Sequence record: OQ689735.1
DNA: 64,000 nucleotides
Strand: one strand, 5' to 3'
Source of the DNA: Escherichia phage 4E10
The notes beneath the pieces are model-generated. The model ran no database searches, had not been told where the DNA came from, and saw nothing but the letters and a program-made list of their open reading frames with translations. The position numbers and the translations under genes were made by a program. The number at the start of each line of letters is the position of its first letter. The stretch's first letter is position 1. Positions 49,380-60,189 of the stretch are shown here, piece by piece.

Positions 49380-49857
49380 AGAAGTTTCTATTCCTAAAAT
49401 GGGTCTTAAACATTATAACATTTTAAAAGATGTTAAAGGTCCTGATGAAAATTTAAAACTTCTTATTGATTCTATTTGTCCGAATTTATCACCAGCAGAA
49501 GTTGATTTTGTTTCTATTCATTTATTGGAATTTAATGGAAAGATTAAATCTCGTAAAGAAATAGATGGTTATACTTATGACATTAATGATGTTTATGTGT
49601 GCCAAAGATTAGAATTTCAATACCAAGGAAATACATTTTATTTTAGACCTCCTGGAAAATTTGAACAATTTTTAACAGTGAGCGATATGTTATCCAAATG
49701 CTTGCTTAAGGTCAATGATGAAGTTAAAGAAATTAATTTTCTTGAGATGCCAGCATTCGTTTTAAAATGGGCAAATGATATTTTTACAACTTTAGCAATT
49801 CCTGGCCCTAATGGTCCAATAACTGGAATTGGTAATATTATTGGATTATTTGAATGA
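49324..49857 (+). CDS. 28: baseplate distal hub subunit
   Basis: 177 aa; overlaps the gene 27 end. Confidence 0.85.
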   Translation: MNLNLILPLKKVVLPISNKEVSIPKMGLKHYNILKDVKGPDENLKLLIDSICPNLSPAEVDFVSIHLLEFNGKIKSRKEIDGYTYDINDVYVCQRLEFQYQGNTFYFRPPGKFEQFLTVSDMLSKCLLKVNDEVKEINFLEMPAFVLKWANDIFTTLAIPGPNGPITGIGNIIGLFE

Positions 49858-51626
49858 AAAAGCCACAAGAAATGCAAACGATGCGTAGAAAAGTTATTTC
49901 AGATAATAAACCAACACAGGAAGCGGCTAAATCCGCTTCCAATACTCTATCTGGACTTAACGATATATCTACGAAATTGGATGATGCTCAAGCTGCTTCT
50001 GAATTAATTGCTCAAACTGTCGAAGAAAAATCGAATGAAATAATTGGAGCAATTGACAATGTAGAAAGCGCAGTGAGTGATACTACTGCTGGTTCTGAGT
50101 TAATTGCTGAAACTGTCGAAATTGGCAATAATATTAATAAAGAAATCGGTGAATCGCTCGGAAGTAAATTAGATAAATTAACGAGTTTACTCGAGCAAAA
50201 AATCCAGACAGCCGGAATTCAACAAACAGGAACTAGTTTAGCTACGGTTGAAAGCGCTATTCCTGTTAAAGTTGTTGAGGACGATACAGCTGAATCTGTG
50301 GGTCCTTTATTACCAGCTCCTGAAGCAGTTAATAATGATCCTGATGCTGATTTTTTCCCTACCCCTCAACCAGTTGAACCCAAACAAGAATCGCCAGAAG
50401 AAAAACAGAAAAAAGAAGCATTTAACTTAAAATTATCTCAAGCTTTAGATAAATTAACAAAGACTGTTGATTTCGGATTTAAGAAATCCATTTCAATTAC
50501 TGATAAAATATCAAGCATGCTATTTAAGTATACCGTCAGTGCTGCTATTGAAGCTGCTAAAATGACTGCAATGATATTGGCTGTTGTTGTTGGAATAGAC
50601 CTGTTGATGGTTCATTTCAAATATTGGTCAGATAAATTTTCACAGGCATGGGATTTATTTAGTACAGACTTTACTAAATTCTCTAGTGAAACGGGAACAT
50701 GGGGTCCTTTATTACAGAGCATCTTTAGTTCTATCGATGAAATTAAAAAATTCTGGGAAGCGGGAGATTGGGGTGGTTTGACGGTAGCTATTGTAGAAGG
50801 GCTTGGAAAGGTTCTTTATAATTTAGGAGAACTTATTCAGCTTGGAATGGCTAAATTATCAGCAGCAATTCTTCGAGTTATTCCTGGTATGAAGGATACC
50901 GCTGATGAAGTAGAAGGAAGAGCGCTGGAAAATTTCCAAAATTCTACTGGAGCATCTCTCAATAAAGAAGACCAAGAAAAAGTAGCAAATTATCAAGATA
51001 AACGAATGAATGACGATCTTGGTCCAATAGCAAAAGGATTAGATAAAATTGCTAATTGGAAAACCCGTGCATCTAACTGGATTCGTGGCGTTGATAATAA
51101 AGAAGCATTGACAACCGATGAAGAACGCGCAGCAGAAGAAGAAAAATTAAAGCAACTTTCACCTGAAGAAAGAAAAAATGCTTTAATGAAAGCTAATGAA
51201 GCTCGTGCCGCGATGATTCGTTTTGAAAAATACGCTGATTCGGCTGATATGAGTAAAGACTCAACGGTTAAATCAGTTGAAGCTGCCTATGAAGACCTTA
51301 AAAAACGAATGGATGACCCGGATTTAAATAATTCACCGGCAGTTAAAAAAGAACTTGCTGCTAGATTTTCTAAAATTGATGCTACTTATCAAGAGCTCAA
51401 GAAAAATCAGCCTAATGCCAAGCCTGAAACTTCTGCTAAATCACCAGAAGCAAAACAAGTCCAGGTAATAGAAAAGAACAAAGCACAGCAAGCTCCTGTT
51501 CAACAAGCATCTCCTTCGATCAATAATACTAATAATGTTGTTAAGAAAAATACTGTCGTTCATAATATGACACCCGTAACGAGCACGACTGCTCCTGGTG
51601 TATTTGATGCGACTGGAGTTAATTAA
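49854..51626 (+). CDS. 29: baseplate hub / tail length determinator
   Basis: 590 aa, long helical regions. Confidence 0.9.
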   Translation: MKKPQEMQTMRRKVISDNKPTQEAAKSASNTLSGLNDISTKLDDAQAASELIAQTVEEKSNEIIGAIDNVESAVSDTTAGSELIAETVEIGNNINKEIGESLGSKLDKLTSLLEQKIQTAGIQQTGTSLATVESAIPVKVVEDDTAESVGPLLPAPEAVNNDPDADFFPTPQPVEPKQESPEEKQKKEAFNLKLSQALDKLTKTVDFGFKKSISITDKISSMLFKYTVSAAIEAAKMTAMILAVVVGIDLLMVHFKYWSDKFSQAWDLFSTDFTKFSSETGTWGPLLQSIFSSIDEIKKFWEAGDWGGLTVAIVEGLGKVLYNLGELIQLGMAKLSAAILRVIPGMKDTADEVEGRALENFQNSTGASLNKEDQEKVANYQDKRMNDDLGPIAKGLDKIANWKTRASNWIRGVDNKEALTTDEERAAEEEKLKQLSPEERKNALMKANEARAAMIRFEKYADSADMSKDSTVKSVEAAYEDLKKRMDDPDLNNSPAVKKELAARFSKIDATYQELKKNQPNAKPETSAKSPEAKQVQVIEKNKAQQAPVQQASPSINNTNNVVKKNTVVHNMTPVTSTTAPGVFDATGVN

Positions 51627-51634
51627 GGAATAAT

Positions 51635-52729
51635 ATGGCAATTGTTAAAGAAATAACTGCTGATTTAATTAAAAAGTCCGGCGAGAAAATTTCAGCCGGA
51701 CAGAGTACTAAATCAGAAGTAGCAACTAAAACATACACCGCCCAGTTTCCAACTGGGCGTGCTAGTGGTAATGACACTACAGGGGACTTCCAGGTAACAG
51801 ATCTATATAAGAATGGATTATTATTTACTGCATACAATATGTCATCTAGGGATTCTGGAAGTCTTAGATCGATGAGATCTAACTACTCTTCTTCATCTTC
51901 GAGTATTTTAAGTACAGCTAGAAACACTATTAGTAGTACAGTATCAAAACTATCAAATGGATTAATATCAAACAATAATTCAGGAACAATAAGTAAAGCT
52001 CCTGTCGCAAACATTCTTTTACCGAGATCTAAATCTGACGTTGATACATCATCACATAGATTTAATGATGTTCAAGAAAGTCTTATCAGCAGAGGCGGAG
52101 GTACTGCTACTGGTGTGTTAAGTAATATTGCTTCAACTGCAGTATTTGGGGCACTGGAAAGTATAACACAAGGTATAATGGCTGATAATAATGAACAGAT
52201 TTATACGACAGCCAGAAGTATGTATGGTGGTGCTGAGAATAGAACTAAAGTGTTTACATGGGATTTGACTCCACGTTCAACAGAAGATTTGATGGCTATT
52301 ATCAATATCTATCAATATTTTAACTATTTTTCTTATGGTGAAACGGGCAAATCTCAATATGCTGCTGAAATAAAGGGGTATTTAGATGATTGGTATCGTT
52401 CTACGTTAATTGAACCTTTATCTCCGGAAGACGCAGCTAAAAATAAAACACTATTTGAGAAAATGACATCGAGTTTAACTAACGTTCTAGTAGTTTCAAA
52501 CCCGACAATTTGGATGGTGAAAAACTTTGGTGCAACGTCTAAGTTTGATGGAAAAACGGAAATATTTGGCCCATGCCAAATACAGAGCATCAGATTTGAT
52601 AAAACACCTAATGGTAACTTTAACGGATTAGCTATTGCTCCAAACCTCCCTAGTACATTTACTCTTGAGATTACTATGAGAGAAATTATCACGTTAAACC
52701 GTGCTTCTTTATATGCGGGGACTTTTTAA
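51635..52729 (+). CDS. 48: baseplate tail-tube junction protein
   Basis: 364 aa; synteny. Confidence 0.9.
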   Translation: MAIVKEITADLIKKSGEKISAGQSTKSEVATKTYTAQFPTGRASGNDTTGDFQVTDLYKNGLLFTAYNMSSRDSGSLRSMRSNYSSSSSSILSTARNTISSTVSKLSNGLISNNNSGTISKAPVANILLPRSKSDVDTSSHRFNDVQESLISRGGGTATGVLSNIASTAVFGALESITQGIMADNNEQIYTTARSMYGGAENRTKVFTWDLTPRSTEDLMAIINIYQYFNYFSYGETGKSQYAAEIKGYLDDWYRSTLIEPLSPEDAAKNKTLFEKMTSSLTNVLVVSNPTIWMVKNFGATSKFDGKTEIFGPCQIQSIRFDKTPNGNFNGLAIAPNLPSTFTLEITMREIITLNRASLYAGTF

Positions 52730-53694
52730 TGTATTCTTTAGAGGAATTTAATAATCAAGCAATAAACGCAGATTTTCAACGTAATAATATGTTTAGCTGC
52801 GTTTTTGCGACAACTCCATCAACTAAAAGCTCTTCGTTGATAAGTTCAATTAGCAACTTTTCTTATAATAACTTGGGTCTAAATTCAGACTGGTTAGGAT
52901 TGTCTCAAGGCGATATTAATCAGGGAATTACCACGCTAATTACTGCTGGCACACAAAAACTGATAAGAAAATCAGGTGTTAGTAAATATCTTATTGGTGC
53001 CATGAGTCAACGCACAGTTCAAAGTTTATTGGGCTCATTTACAGTTGGTACATATTTAATTGACTTCTTTAATATGGCATATAACTCATCTGGGTTGATG
53101 ATATATTCTGTAAAAATGCCAGAGAATAGATTATCCTATGAAACTGACTGGAACTATAACTCTCCTAATATTCGTATAACTGGGAGAGAATTAGACCCTT
53201 TGGTTATTTCATTTAGAATGGATTCAGAAGCTTGTAACTATCGTGCAATGCAAGACTGGGTTAACGCTGTTCAAGACCCAGTAACTGGACTGCGTGCTTT
53301 GCCACAAGATGTCGAGGCAGATATTCAGGTTAATCTTCATGCTCGTAATGGATTACCTCATACTGCAGTGATGTTCACCGGATGCATTCCAGTGTCAGTG
53401 AGCGCTCCTGAGTTATCATATGATGGAGATAACCAAATAACTACATTTGATGTTACTTTTGCGTATAGAGTCATGCAGGCTGGGTCGGTTGATAGACAAG
53501 CTGCGCTTGAGTGGCTTGAATCTGCTGCTATAAATGGCATTCAAAGCGTTCTCGGAAATAGCGGAGGTGTTACTGGATTATCTAATTCGCTTTCACGACT
53601 TAGTAGATTAGGGGGAACTGCTGGAAGCATTTCAAACATTAATACTATGACAGGAATTGTCAACTCGCAAAGTAAAATATTAGGAGCAATATAA
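52729..53694 (+). CDS. 54: baseplate tail-tube initiator
   Basis: 321 aa; terminator after the stop. Confidence 0.9.
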   Translation: MYSLEEFNNQAINADFQRNNMFSCVFATTPSTKSSSLISSISNFSYNNLGLNSDWLGLSQGDINQGITTLITAGTQKLIRKSGVSKYLIGAMSQRTVQSLLGSFTVGTYLIDFFNMAYNSSGLMIYSVKMPENRLSYETDWNYNSPNIRITGRELDPLVISFRMDSEACNYRAMQDWVNAVQDPVTGLRALPQDVEADIQVNLHARNGLPHTAVMFTGCIPVSVSAPELSYDGDNQITTFDVTFAYRVMQAGSVDRQAALEWLESAAINGIQSVLGNSGGVTGLSNSLSRLSRLGGTAGSISNINTMTGIVNSQSKILGAI

Positions 53695-53698
53695 CAAT

Positions 53699-53728
53699 GG
53701 GGACCGAAAGGTCCCCATATTTTTATTT
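53699..53728 (+). terminator. terminator after gene 54
   Basis: GGGGACC-GAAA-GGUCCCC hairpin followed by AUAUUUUUAUUU. Confidence 0.55.
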
Positions 53729-54013
53729 ACGGAATGAAATAAAAGCAGCAACTGAAGCAACTAAACTGTCTTCAATATAAACTTCAATTTTTACCGGAGC
53801 TTCTGACTCAAATTTACCTGTTACTACACCTTGGAAAATGCTTTCAGTCTGTTCTGGCTTTGAAAAATTTTCAGAAGGAAAAATTCCAAACTTTTTATCT
53901 GTTCCAAAAATTTTGATAAATTCATCATAAACTGCTTCATTAAAAGCGTTATCAGCAGGAATAACGCCTTCAACTACAAGTTCTTGACCTAAAAAGCGTA
54001 AAGAAGATTTCAT
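53723..54013 (-). CDS. hypothetical protein
   Basis: 96-aa ORF preceded by an early-type promoter at 54040-54076. Confidence 0.55.
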   Translation of the reverse strand: MKSSLRFLGQELVVEGVIPADNAFNEAVYDEFIKIFGTDKKFGIFPSENFSKPEQTESIFQGVVTGKFESEAPVKIEVYIEDSLVASVAAFISFRK

Positions 54014-54039
54014 TTTGTGTTCCTCATGTTATGTCAGTA

Positions 54040-54076
54040 AGATTATTATAACACAACACGAGGGACTTGTAAACTA
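54040..54076 (-). promoter_or_regulatory. T4 early-type promoter
   Basis: minus strand GTTTAC, 18 bp, TATAAT, upstream of the 96-aa ORF. Confidence 0.45.
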
Positions 54077-56131
54077 CATCTTGAACTTTTTAGACATTCC
54101 GTTGATGTTAACCAAAGAAGCCAAGATTTGAGAAACTTCGTTTTCCTCTTCTTTTGATTCTTCTACAAGGAATTGATTAAACCCAGCCATTGGACGAACT
54201 TCGCCAGTTTCCATTAGATGATCGCCATCATATACCGATTCTTCTAATTGTTCAGAAGGAGGAACGATTGTGCCTTCGATTAGATACTTGTTATAAGCAG
54301 TTTCTTTCATCATGTACGTGCTTACTTTATTAATCTTCAACAAAATTCCACGCGGTAGAATAACTTCAGCTTCTGATGGAAATCCCGATAAATGACCTGG
54401 AACGATAACTTTGATTCGCTCAGCCCCTTTAATTACCATACCTACGCTAGTTTCAGCATCTTCATTCGCATAAGCAGAATGACTACCCATATGCATCAAA
54501 TCTTCTGCATCAACAGAACCTTCTCCTTCGCCAGAAAATACTGCACCGGAATCATCTAGAGCCATATAGTTTTTACCATGCTCACCGAAGATATTTGGTT
54601 TAAGCGATGTGGATACGAAGTTCTTGAAATAGAACATTTTGTTTTCAATGTTATGACGCAAAGTTTTAAAGGTAACTTCTTGTCCACGATAAAGCGTAGT
54701 TCCTGGAGGAAGAACTGATCCTTTGGCGAATGCAGAATCCAGAGTCTCGATGTGCTTAATAGCTCTTTCCATGTATTCTTCACGGGTAGAATCTGGTTTA
54801 CCCAAAAGGAACGAGTTCATTTCAACATATGAATCTGCACAATAATCTTCAATTACATCAGATTCAGCCTGAGTCAGTCCTTTTGGAGTTACTTCGGTGC
54901 TTGCGTATTCATATGCCTGAGCAGCAGATTCATTAATCAATTTATAAATGCCATTCATGACAAATTGAATAATAGCTACCTTTTCGTCTGGTGTGGCTTT
55001 AGAACCTTTAACTAAATCATTGATAATTTTCTTAATAACATCAAAGCTATTAGAAATATTAATGTCAGCTAGATCGCTCAAAATTTTATCGGTTTTATAA
55101 TCAAAAAATTCTTTATTCTTTAAATATTCTTGAGAACCTTGATGTGTTATATCGCTCTGCAGTCTGATAGACGGATCACGTAAACGTGCATGGGCCAATG
55201 CAATATGATTTCGGAAGCTTTCTAGTTCATAATCGTTAGATTTAAAACGAGAAGCACTTCTCATACCACCGATAGCTCCTTTGCCGAAGTTTGAACCAAT
55301 CTGAATAACGCCAGAGTTCATTGGTCCTTCTGCTTTATATACCGGAACTTTAGATTCAAACTCTTGATATTTCTTAGCGGCGAAGCTATCACCCTGTAGC
55401 GAAGCATCGACAGTAGAATATTGAGCTTGTGCTGCTAATCGACGACTAATTTTAGTTTTCTGAATAACAGCTTGATCCGTGCGCTTATCATTTTCTAAAG
55501 CAATAGAAGCAGCAACAGCAACAGCTTTAGGAACAGCATTACCTGTTTTAACGTCTACATAAACATCACCAACCTTTGATTCAACTTTTGTGAATAACTC
55601 AGTTGAAATAGGAGGTACACCTGGAATGTCTTCTAAATTGGCATTTTTACGGTAAACCATAATATATGCATACTTTTTATCATAGTCCCAGATTTCCTTT
55701 AAAAGAACATATCGACCTGCTCCTTTAGTACGTACTAAACGGTCAGCAATAACTTGCATTTGACGAGCTGCGCCATTTGTTTTACTTTTTAGTACGCGGA
55801 ATAAGCATGCGTCGATTTTATACTGCTTCATTGTTTGAAGAGCAGTATCAAAAACCGCATTAATGACGCCAATTGGATTTCCACCCAAGTTTCTAAGTTT
55901 AACCAGCGATAATTTCTCGTTGACACCTATCATTACGATATGCATCATTTTATCGCCTGGCTTAACGTTTTTATTTGTATCACCACCAGAGGTGTATGTA
56001 CAAAATCTAAATCCAGGAAGCACACTTTCTTCGCCGGCTTGAATAGCAAAAATTTGTGGTATTTTATGCTTAGGATTTAAGTTAACAACCGGCGCCGAAG
56101 CGCCGTCAAATAATTCTGTAATAAGTTCCAT
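54074..56131 (-). CDS. alt: Alt-like ADP-ribosyltransferase, downstream paralog
   Basis: 685 aa; C-terminal ART R-S-E triad (YRGQ, FVSTSL, EAEVILPRG); N-terminus MELITELFD shared with its neighbour. Confidence 0.85.
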   Translation of the reverse strand: MELITELFDGASAPVVNLNPKHKIPQIFAIQAGEESVLPGFRFCTYTSGGDTNKNVKPGDKMMHIVMIGVNEKLSLVKLRNLGGNPIGVINAVFDTALQTMKQYKIDACLFRVLKSKTNGAARQMQVIADRLVRTKGAGRYVLLKEIWDYDKKYAYIMVYRKNANLEDIPGVPPISTELFTKVESKVGDVYVDVKTGNAVPKAVAVAASIALENDKRTDQAVIQKTKISRRLAAQAQYSTVDASLQGDSFAAKKYQEFESKVPVYKAEGPMNSGVIQIGSNFGKGAIGGMRSASRFKSNDYELESFRNHIALAHARLRDPSIRLQSDITHQGSQEYLKNKEFFDYKTDKILSDLADINISNSFDVIKKIINDLVKGSKATPDEKVAIIQFVMNGIYKLINESAAQAYEYASTEVTPKGLTQAESDVIEDYCADSYVEMNSFLLGKPDSTREEYMERAIKHIETLDSAFAKGSVLPPGTTLYRGQEVTFKTLRHNIENKMFYFKNFVSTSLKPNIFGEHGKNYMALDDSGAVFSGEGEGSVDAEDLMHMGSHSAYANEDAETSVGMVIKGAERIKVIVPGHLSGFPSEAEVILPRGILLKINKVSTYMMKETAYNKYLIEGTIVPPSEQLEESVYDGDHLMETGEVRPMAGFNQFLVEESKEEENEVSQILASLVNINGMSKKFKM

Positions 56132-56134
56132 GAT

Positions 56135-58222
56135 TTATCCTTGAACGAACTTGTAAGGCATGTTTGTAATATCTATGCAAGACGCAATAATTCCAAGAGA
56201 TGATTCGACTTTCTGTTTAACATTTGATGAAACAAATGACGCAAAATCAACTCTGTCTTCTATATCACCTGTCATTGTAACCAATTCACCAGTTTCCATT
56301 AAATGGTCTCCGTCATAGATTACCGATTCGGTGAGTTCTTCTGTGGTCATAACTTCAGCTTGAATGAGTTTTGTATTATTAGATGTTGTTCCGTCATTAT
56401 TAGAAGCATCAGTTATTTTATTAACTTTGACCATCAATCCACGCGGTAGAATAACTTCAGCTTCTGTTGCTATTCCGAGACTTCCTGGATATACAACATT
56501 AACTTTATGAGCTCCATCAATTGCCCATCCTATTTGAACTTTAACGTATTCAGGATTTTCTTTATACGCTCTTATTTCGTTTGGATTAATAGTTATTCCT
56601 TCTTCATTTTTATCAACTGTTAATTCATTACGAGCTTCTGGTTCTAAAAGACCAATACCAGCATGTGTGATTCCAAAACGTCCAAAAATGATAGGAGTTA
56701 AAGAAGTAGATACAAAATTTCTGAAGTAGAACACTTTATTTTTAACTAACGCTTCATATATAGGAGCAGTCATACTTTGAGCACGATAAACTGTAATGCC
56801 TTCTGGTATACGGTCACCATTTTCAAAAGCTGAATCTAAGTTATTTATAGCAGATTCAATTTCTTTTTCACTCATTACATCATATCGTTCTGGATTGTAG
56901 CGGCCTAAAAGAAGATTATTGATGTCAGTATATCCTGAACCGCAATATTCTCTAATGCCACGCTTTTGCGATGGAGTATATTTAGAACCATCACGGGCAA
57001 TAGTAATATCAATCATTGGACCTGCACCAATTCCGGAAAAGCTATAAATCATTCGTTTGAGGAATTTAGTTTTTGCTGCGTTCCAAGAATTTTTAGTTAT
57101 TTCTTCCCAGACTTCATCTGGCTGCCCTTTACGAGTTTTATTATGTTTATCAAGCCAATTATCTTTATATTCTTCAAAGAATTGATTAACAGCTGCTGCG
57201 TATTTCTCTAAACATTTTATTGAAGTAGTTGGTTCATTTTTAATCGCATTAAGAATTACATCTTTAATTTTTTCAGAAACTTCATTAACCTCACTTTTTG
57301 AAAAGAATTTATAGTCATAGTGAAGTTCATCTGCGGTTCCTTCGGCAATGATTTTTGCTGCCTTAGTTTTAGAAGCTAATGAATTAATTCCAAGCTTCAT
57401 TTCTTCTGCTTCGGGAATTAAAGGAGCGGTAGCAGGTTTATTGAAATTAGCTGCGGTAGATTCATACTTCTGGAATAATTCACTTTCAAATCTAGAAGAT
57501 TCCAACGACTGACTTTGCGCAATTGCTCTACGTGAAATTTTAACTTTAACGATTACCGCTTGGTCAGAACGTTTATCATTTTCTTGCGCAATAGATGCTG
57601 CAATTGCCTCATTTTTAGTTACTTGGGCTCCAGTATCTTTATTGATATAAACATCACCGACCTTCGATTCAACTTTAGTAAAGAGCTCGGTACTAATTTC
57701 CGGAACTCCTGGAATGTCTTCTAGTGATACATTTTTGCGATGTATAAGAATATATGCATACTTTTTATCATAATCCCAGAGTTCCTTGAGAAGGACGTAT
57801 CTGCCACCTGAACGACTACGGATAAGTCTATCAGCAATAACTTGAATTTGTCGAGCTTGTCCAGCAGTTTTAGACTTAAGAATACGAAGCATACAAGCAT
57901 CAATTTTATATTGACGCATTGTTTGCATTGCAACAGTAAAAACTGAATTGATATAATTAATTGGGCTTGGACCAAGACCTTTTAATTTAGCAATTGAACC
58001 TTTAGCAGTTAATGTAAAAGGAACAATGTGCATCATTTTGTCGCCCATTTTTAAATCGCGATTAGTATCACCTCCAGATGTATATGTACATAAACGAAAG
58101 CCTGGTTGTTCAATTGCATCATCAACATGAACTGAAAAAATTTGTGGTATTTTCTTCTTTGGATTTAAGTTTGTAATCGGAAGAGTAGTATCTTCGTCAA
58201 ATAATTCTGTAATAAGTTCCAT
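56135..58222 (-). CDS. alt: Alt-like ADP-ribosyltransferase, upstream paralog
   Basis: 695 aa from the second Met (MELITELFD); ART triad (YRAQ, FVSTSL, EAEVILPRG); TATAAATA late promoter about 25 bp upstream; stop 3 nt before the next alt start. Confidence 0.85.
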   Translation of the reverse strand: MELITELFDEDTTLPITNLNPKKKIPQIFSVHVDDAIEQPGFRLCTYTSGGDTNRDLKMGDKMMHIVPFTLTAKGSIAKLKGLGPSPINYINSVFTVAMQTMRQYKIDACMLRILKSKTAGQARQIQVIADRLIRSRSGGRYVLLKELWDYDKKYAYILIHRKNVSLEDIPGVPEISTELFTKVESKVGDVYINKDTGAQVTKNEAIAASIAQENDKRSDQAVIVKVKISRRAIAQSQSLESSRFESELFQKYESTAANFNKPATAPLIPEAEEMKLGINSLASKTKAAKIIAEGTADELHYDYKFFSKSEVNEVSEKIKDVILNAIKNEPTTSIKCLEKYAAAVNQFFEEYKDNWLDKHNKTRKGQPDEVWEEITKNSWNAAKTKFLKRMIYSFSGIGAGPMIDITIARDGSKYTPSQKRGIREYCGSGYTDINNLLLGRYNPERYDVMSEKEIESAINNLDSAFENGDRIPEGITVYRAQSMTAPIYEALVKNKVFYFRNFVSTSLTPIIFGRFGITHAGIGLLEPEARNELTVDKNEEGITINPNEIRAYKENPEYVKVQIGWAIDGAHKVNVVYPGSLGIATEAEVILPRGLMVKVNKITDASNNDGTTSNNTKLIQAEVMTTEELTESVIYDGDHLMETGELVTMTGDIEDRVDFASFVSSNVKQKVESSLGIIASCIDITNMPYKFVQG

Positions 58223-58245
58223 CATAGCCTCTCTAGTGTTTATTC

Positions 58246-58253
58246 TATTTATA
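58246..58253 (-). promoter_or_regulatory. late promoter for the upstream alt paralog
   Basis: TATAAATA on the minus strand about 21 bp upstream of ATG 58222/58225. Confidence 0.55.
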
Positions 58254-58258
58254 AAATT

Positions 58259-58276
58259 AAAGGCCCGAAGGCCTTT
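58259..58276 (-). terminator. hairpin overlapping the stop of the 62-aa ORF, upstream of the alt late promoter
   Basis: AAAGGCC-CGAA-GGCCUUU followed on the minus strand by AAUUUUAU. Confidence 0.4.
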
Positions 58277-58463
58277 AGTAATCTAGTGGTAAGAGAGTAC
58301 GATATATTTCAAACTTTGGTCCTTTTTCATAGGCATCAAATGTTTCTGTAAATTTATTGTAAGCATATGCATCTACAAATTCGAGAATGACTTGTGATAC
58401 AGAAGTAGAAACATCTCCACCTTCTTTTTGAGCAATGACAATTGTTTCTAAGTAAGCTTTCAT
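58275..58463 (-). CDS. hypothetical small protein
   Basis: 62-aa ORF overlapping the ligase stop. Confidence 0.5.
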   Translation of the reverse strand: MKAYLETIVIAQKEGGDVSTSVSQVILEFVDAYAYNKFTETFDAYEKGPKFEIYRTLLPLDY

Positions 58464-59923
58464 AAACCAGTTACCTCATGAAAATCGCCAAATACATCCT
58501 CGAATGTATTAGCTTTAGTTTTATCTTCACGTAAACGAATCGCAATCGGAAGAAATAATTTAACGTAATCAGTGCGGCCATCAGATTTTAACCAACCGTT
58601 GCATTCGCACTCTAGAATTTTTCCAATATAATAATTTTGGTTTTCCATAATGCGAGTACGGTCAAGTTCATGCGATTTTACACCAGCTTTATCTTTTAAG
58701 CCTGAACCAGCATTTACTTTAATTTTTCCACACTCTGACTCAAGAATAAATCCACCCGCTTTAGTAGGGTCTTTACGGTGAGGATAAATTCCTACAATTT
58801 TTAAATCAACATCAATTATTTCTTTAAATTTATAAAGATTTTTTGAACGAGCATTTTCCCATAATCCATCGATATTTTTGAGAATAATACCTTCAAGACC
58901 TTGGTCAATATACTTTTTATAAATTACCTTAGCTTCATCTAGGTTATTTACTACCTGGTTTTCAATTAAAATTACTTTATCATAACCTGATGTCATTTGT
59001 TCTAGTTTAGAAAAACGTACATCATATTTCAAACGAAATGCAGGAAGACCGTATATTTCTACCAACGGGACATAATCCCAGACCTGAAACTTCATGCATT
59101 GAGCTTCTTTTTCAGAAATGGTTCCCTTTAAAGATTTATTAGCGATTCCATTAGAAGTAGTACGTGATTCAGCTACTTCGGCGAATTCTTTAGCTTTACT
59201 AATTTCAGGATAAGCATCAAAAAGAAAATCTAGGCCTTCTGGTTCCTTTTCAACTTGCTCATGGTATACCAATTCGCCATCAATTAACACACCTTCTGGA
59301 TGAATCTGGCGAGCTTCTGCAGTCATTTTGATTAACTCTTCCTTGAGAAGATCTAATCCTAGATATTCATTACCAGCTCGTGATAAAAGACGAACATCAT
59401 CTAATTCATCACCTCTGACTTCAGCAAAGCACCGAGCTCCATCAGCTTTTAATTGGGCAAAGGCTGGAAATTTGATATTCTTATTAATGCCTTTTTCATC
59501 ATAAGAACTTGCCAGCATTTGAGGTTGTTCAGGAATTAAACCTGGCCAAACTTTGTTTGCAATAGATACTGATGCACCACATTCAAGGTCTCGCATCATC
59601 ACCCGACGCAAAACTTCAACATCATCTTTTTTACCGTCAGCAATATATCCAGTTAATTCCTCAATTGCCGCATTTCCGGTCAATTTCCGAGTAGCTAACG
59701 TGAATTCAATGAAGTCAAGCATATCGGTAAGAGTCAACATTCCAAAACTCTGGGTAGCAATACCAGGTTTAGGCCATTTCTTGATATAATACTGTAACCC
59801 ACGAGAATAAGTCAGACGATATACTCGTTTAAGTAATTCATTATCTTTATTCTTTTCAAGAATTGCTTGCTTCTGCTTAGTTGAACCAATAGATGCTATT
59901 TCGTTCAGAATTTTAAGAATCAT
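58460..59923 (-). CDS. 30: ATP-dependent DNA ligase
   Basis: 487 aa; adenylation motif KADGAR; size matches T4 gp30. Confidence 0.95.
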   Translation of the reverse strand: MILKILNEIASIGSTKQKQAILEKNKDNELLKRVYRLTYSRGLQYYIKKWPKPGIATQSFGMLTLTDMLDFIEFTLATRKLTGNAAIEELTGYIADGKKDDVEVLRRVMMRDLECGASVSIANKVWPGLIPEQPQMLASSYDEKGINKNIKFPAFAQLKADGARCFAEVRGDELDDVRLLSRAGNEYLGLDLLKEELIKMTAEARQIHPEGVLIDGELVYHEQVEKEPEGLDFLFDAYPEISKAKEFAEVAESRTTSNGIANKSLKGTISEKEAQCMKFQVWDYVPLVEIYGLPAFRLKYDVRFSKLEQMTSGYDKVILIENQVVNNLDEAKVIYKKYIDQGLEGIILKNIDGLWENARSKNLYKFKEIIDVDLKIVGIYPHRKDPTKAGGFILESECGKIKVNAGSGLKDKAGVKSHELDRTRIMENQNYYIGKILECECNGWLKSDGRTDYVKLFLPIAIRLREDKTKANTFEDVFGDFHEVTGL

Positions 59924-60189
59924 TGTTCATCCTTTAGAGTTTGGTTTACAGCTCTATTATAAATCAATTCATCATTAAGCTCAGTCAAAGACCTGTGGTA
60001 CGTGGTTCTAACTTTATTTCCTTGCATCCAGTGCTTGACGTAAATGAAACCTTGCTCTACACATTTTTTAAAAATTCGTTCGTCTTTTTGAGCTCGAAAT
60101 TCTGGATTGCATCTAAAAAATTGATTTACGTGACCGTAATCACGTGTAGTATTACCTTCATTTTCATAAATAGTGTGAACGACAAACAT
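59920..60189 (-). CDS. hypothetical protein
   Basis: 89-aa ORF, translationally coupled to neighbours. Confidence 0.55.
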   Translation of the reverse strand: MFVVHTIYENEGNTTRDYGHVNQFFRCNPEFRAQKDERIFKKCVEQGFIYVKHWMQGNKVRTTYHRSLTELNDELIYNRAVNQTLKDEQ

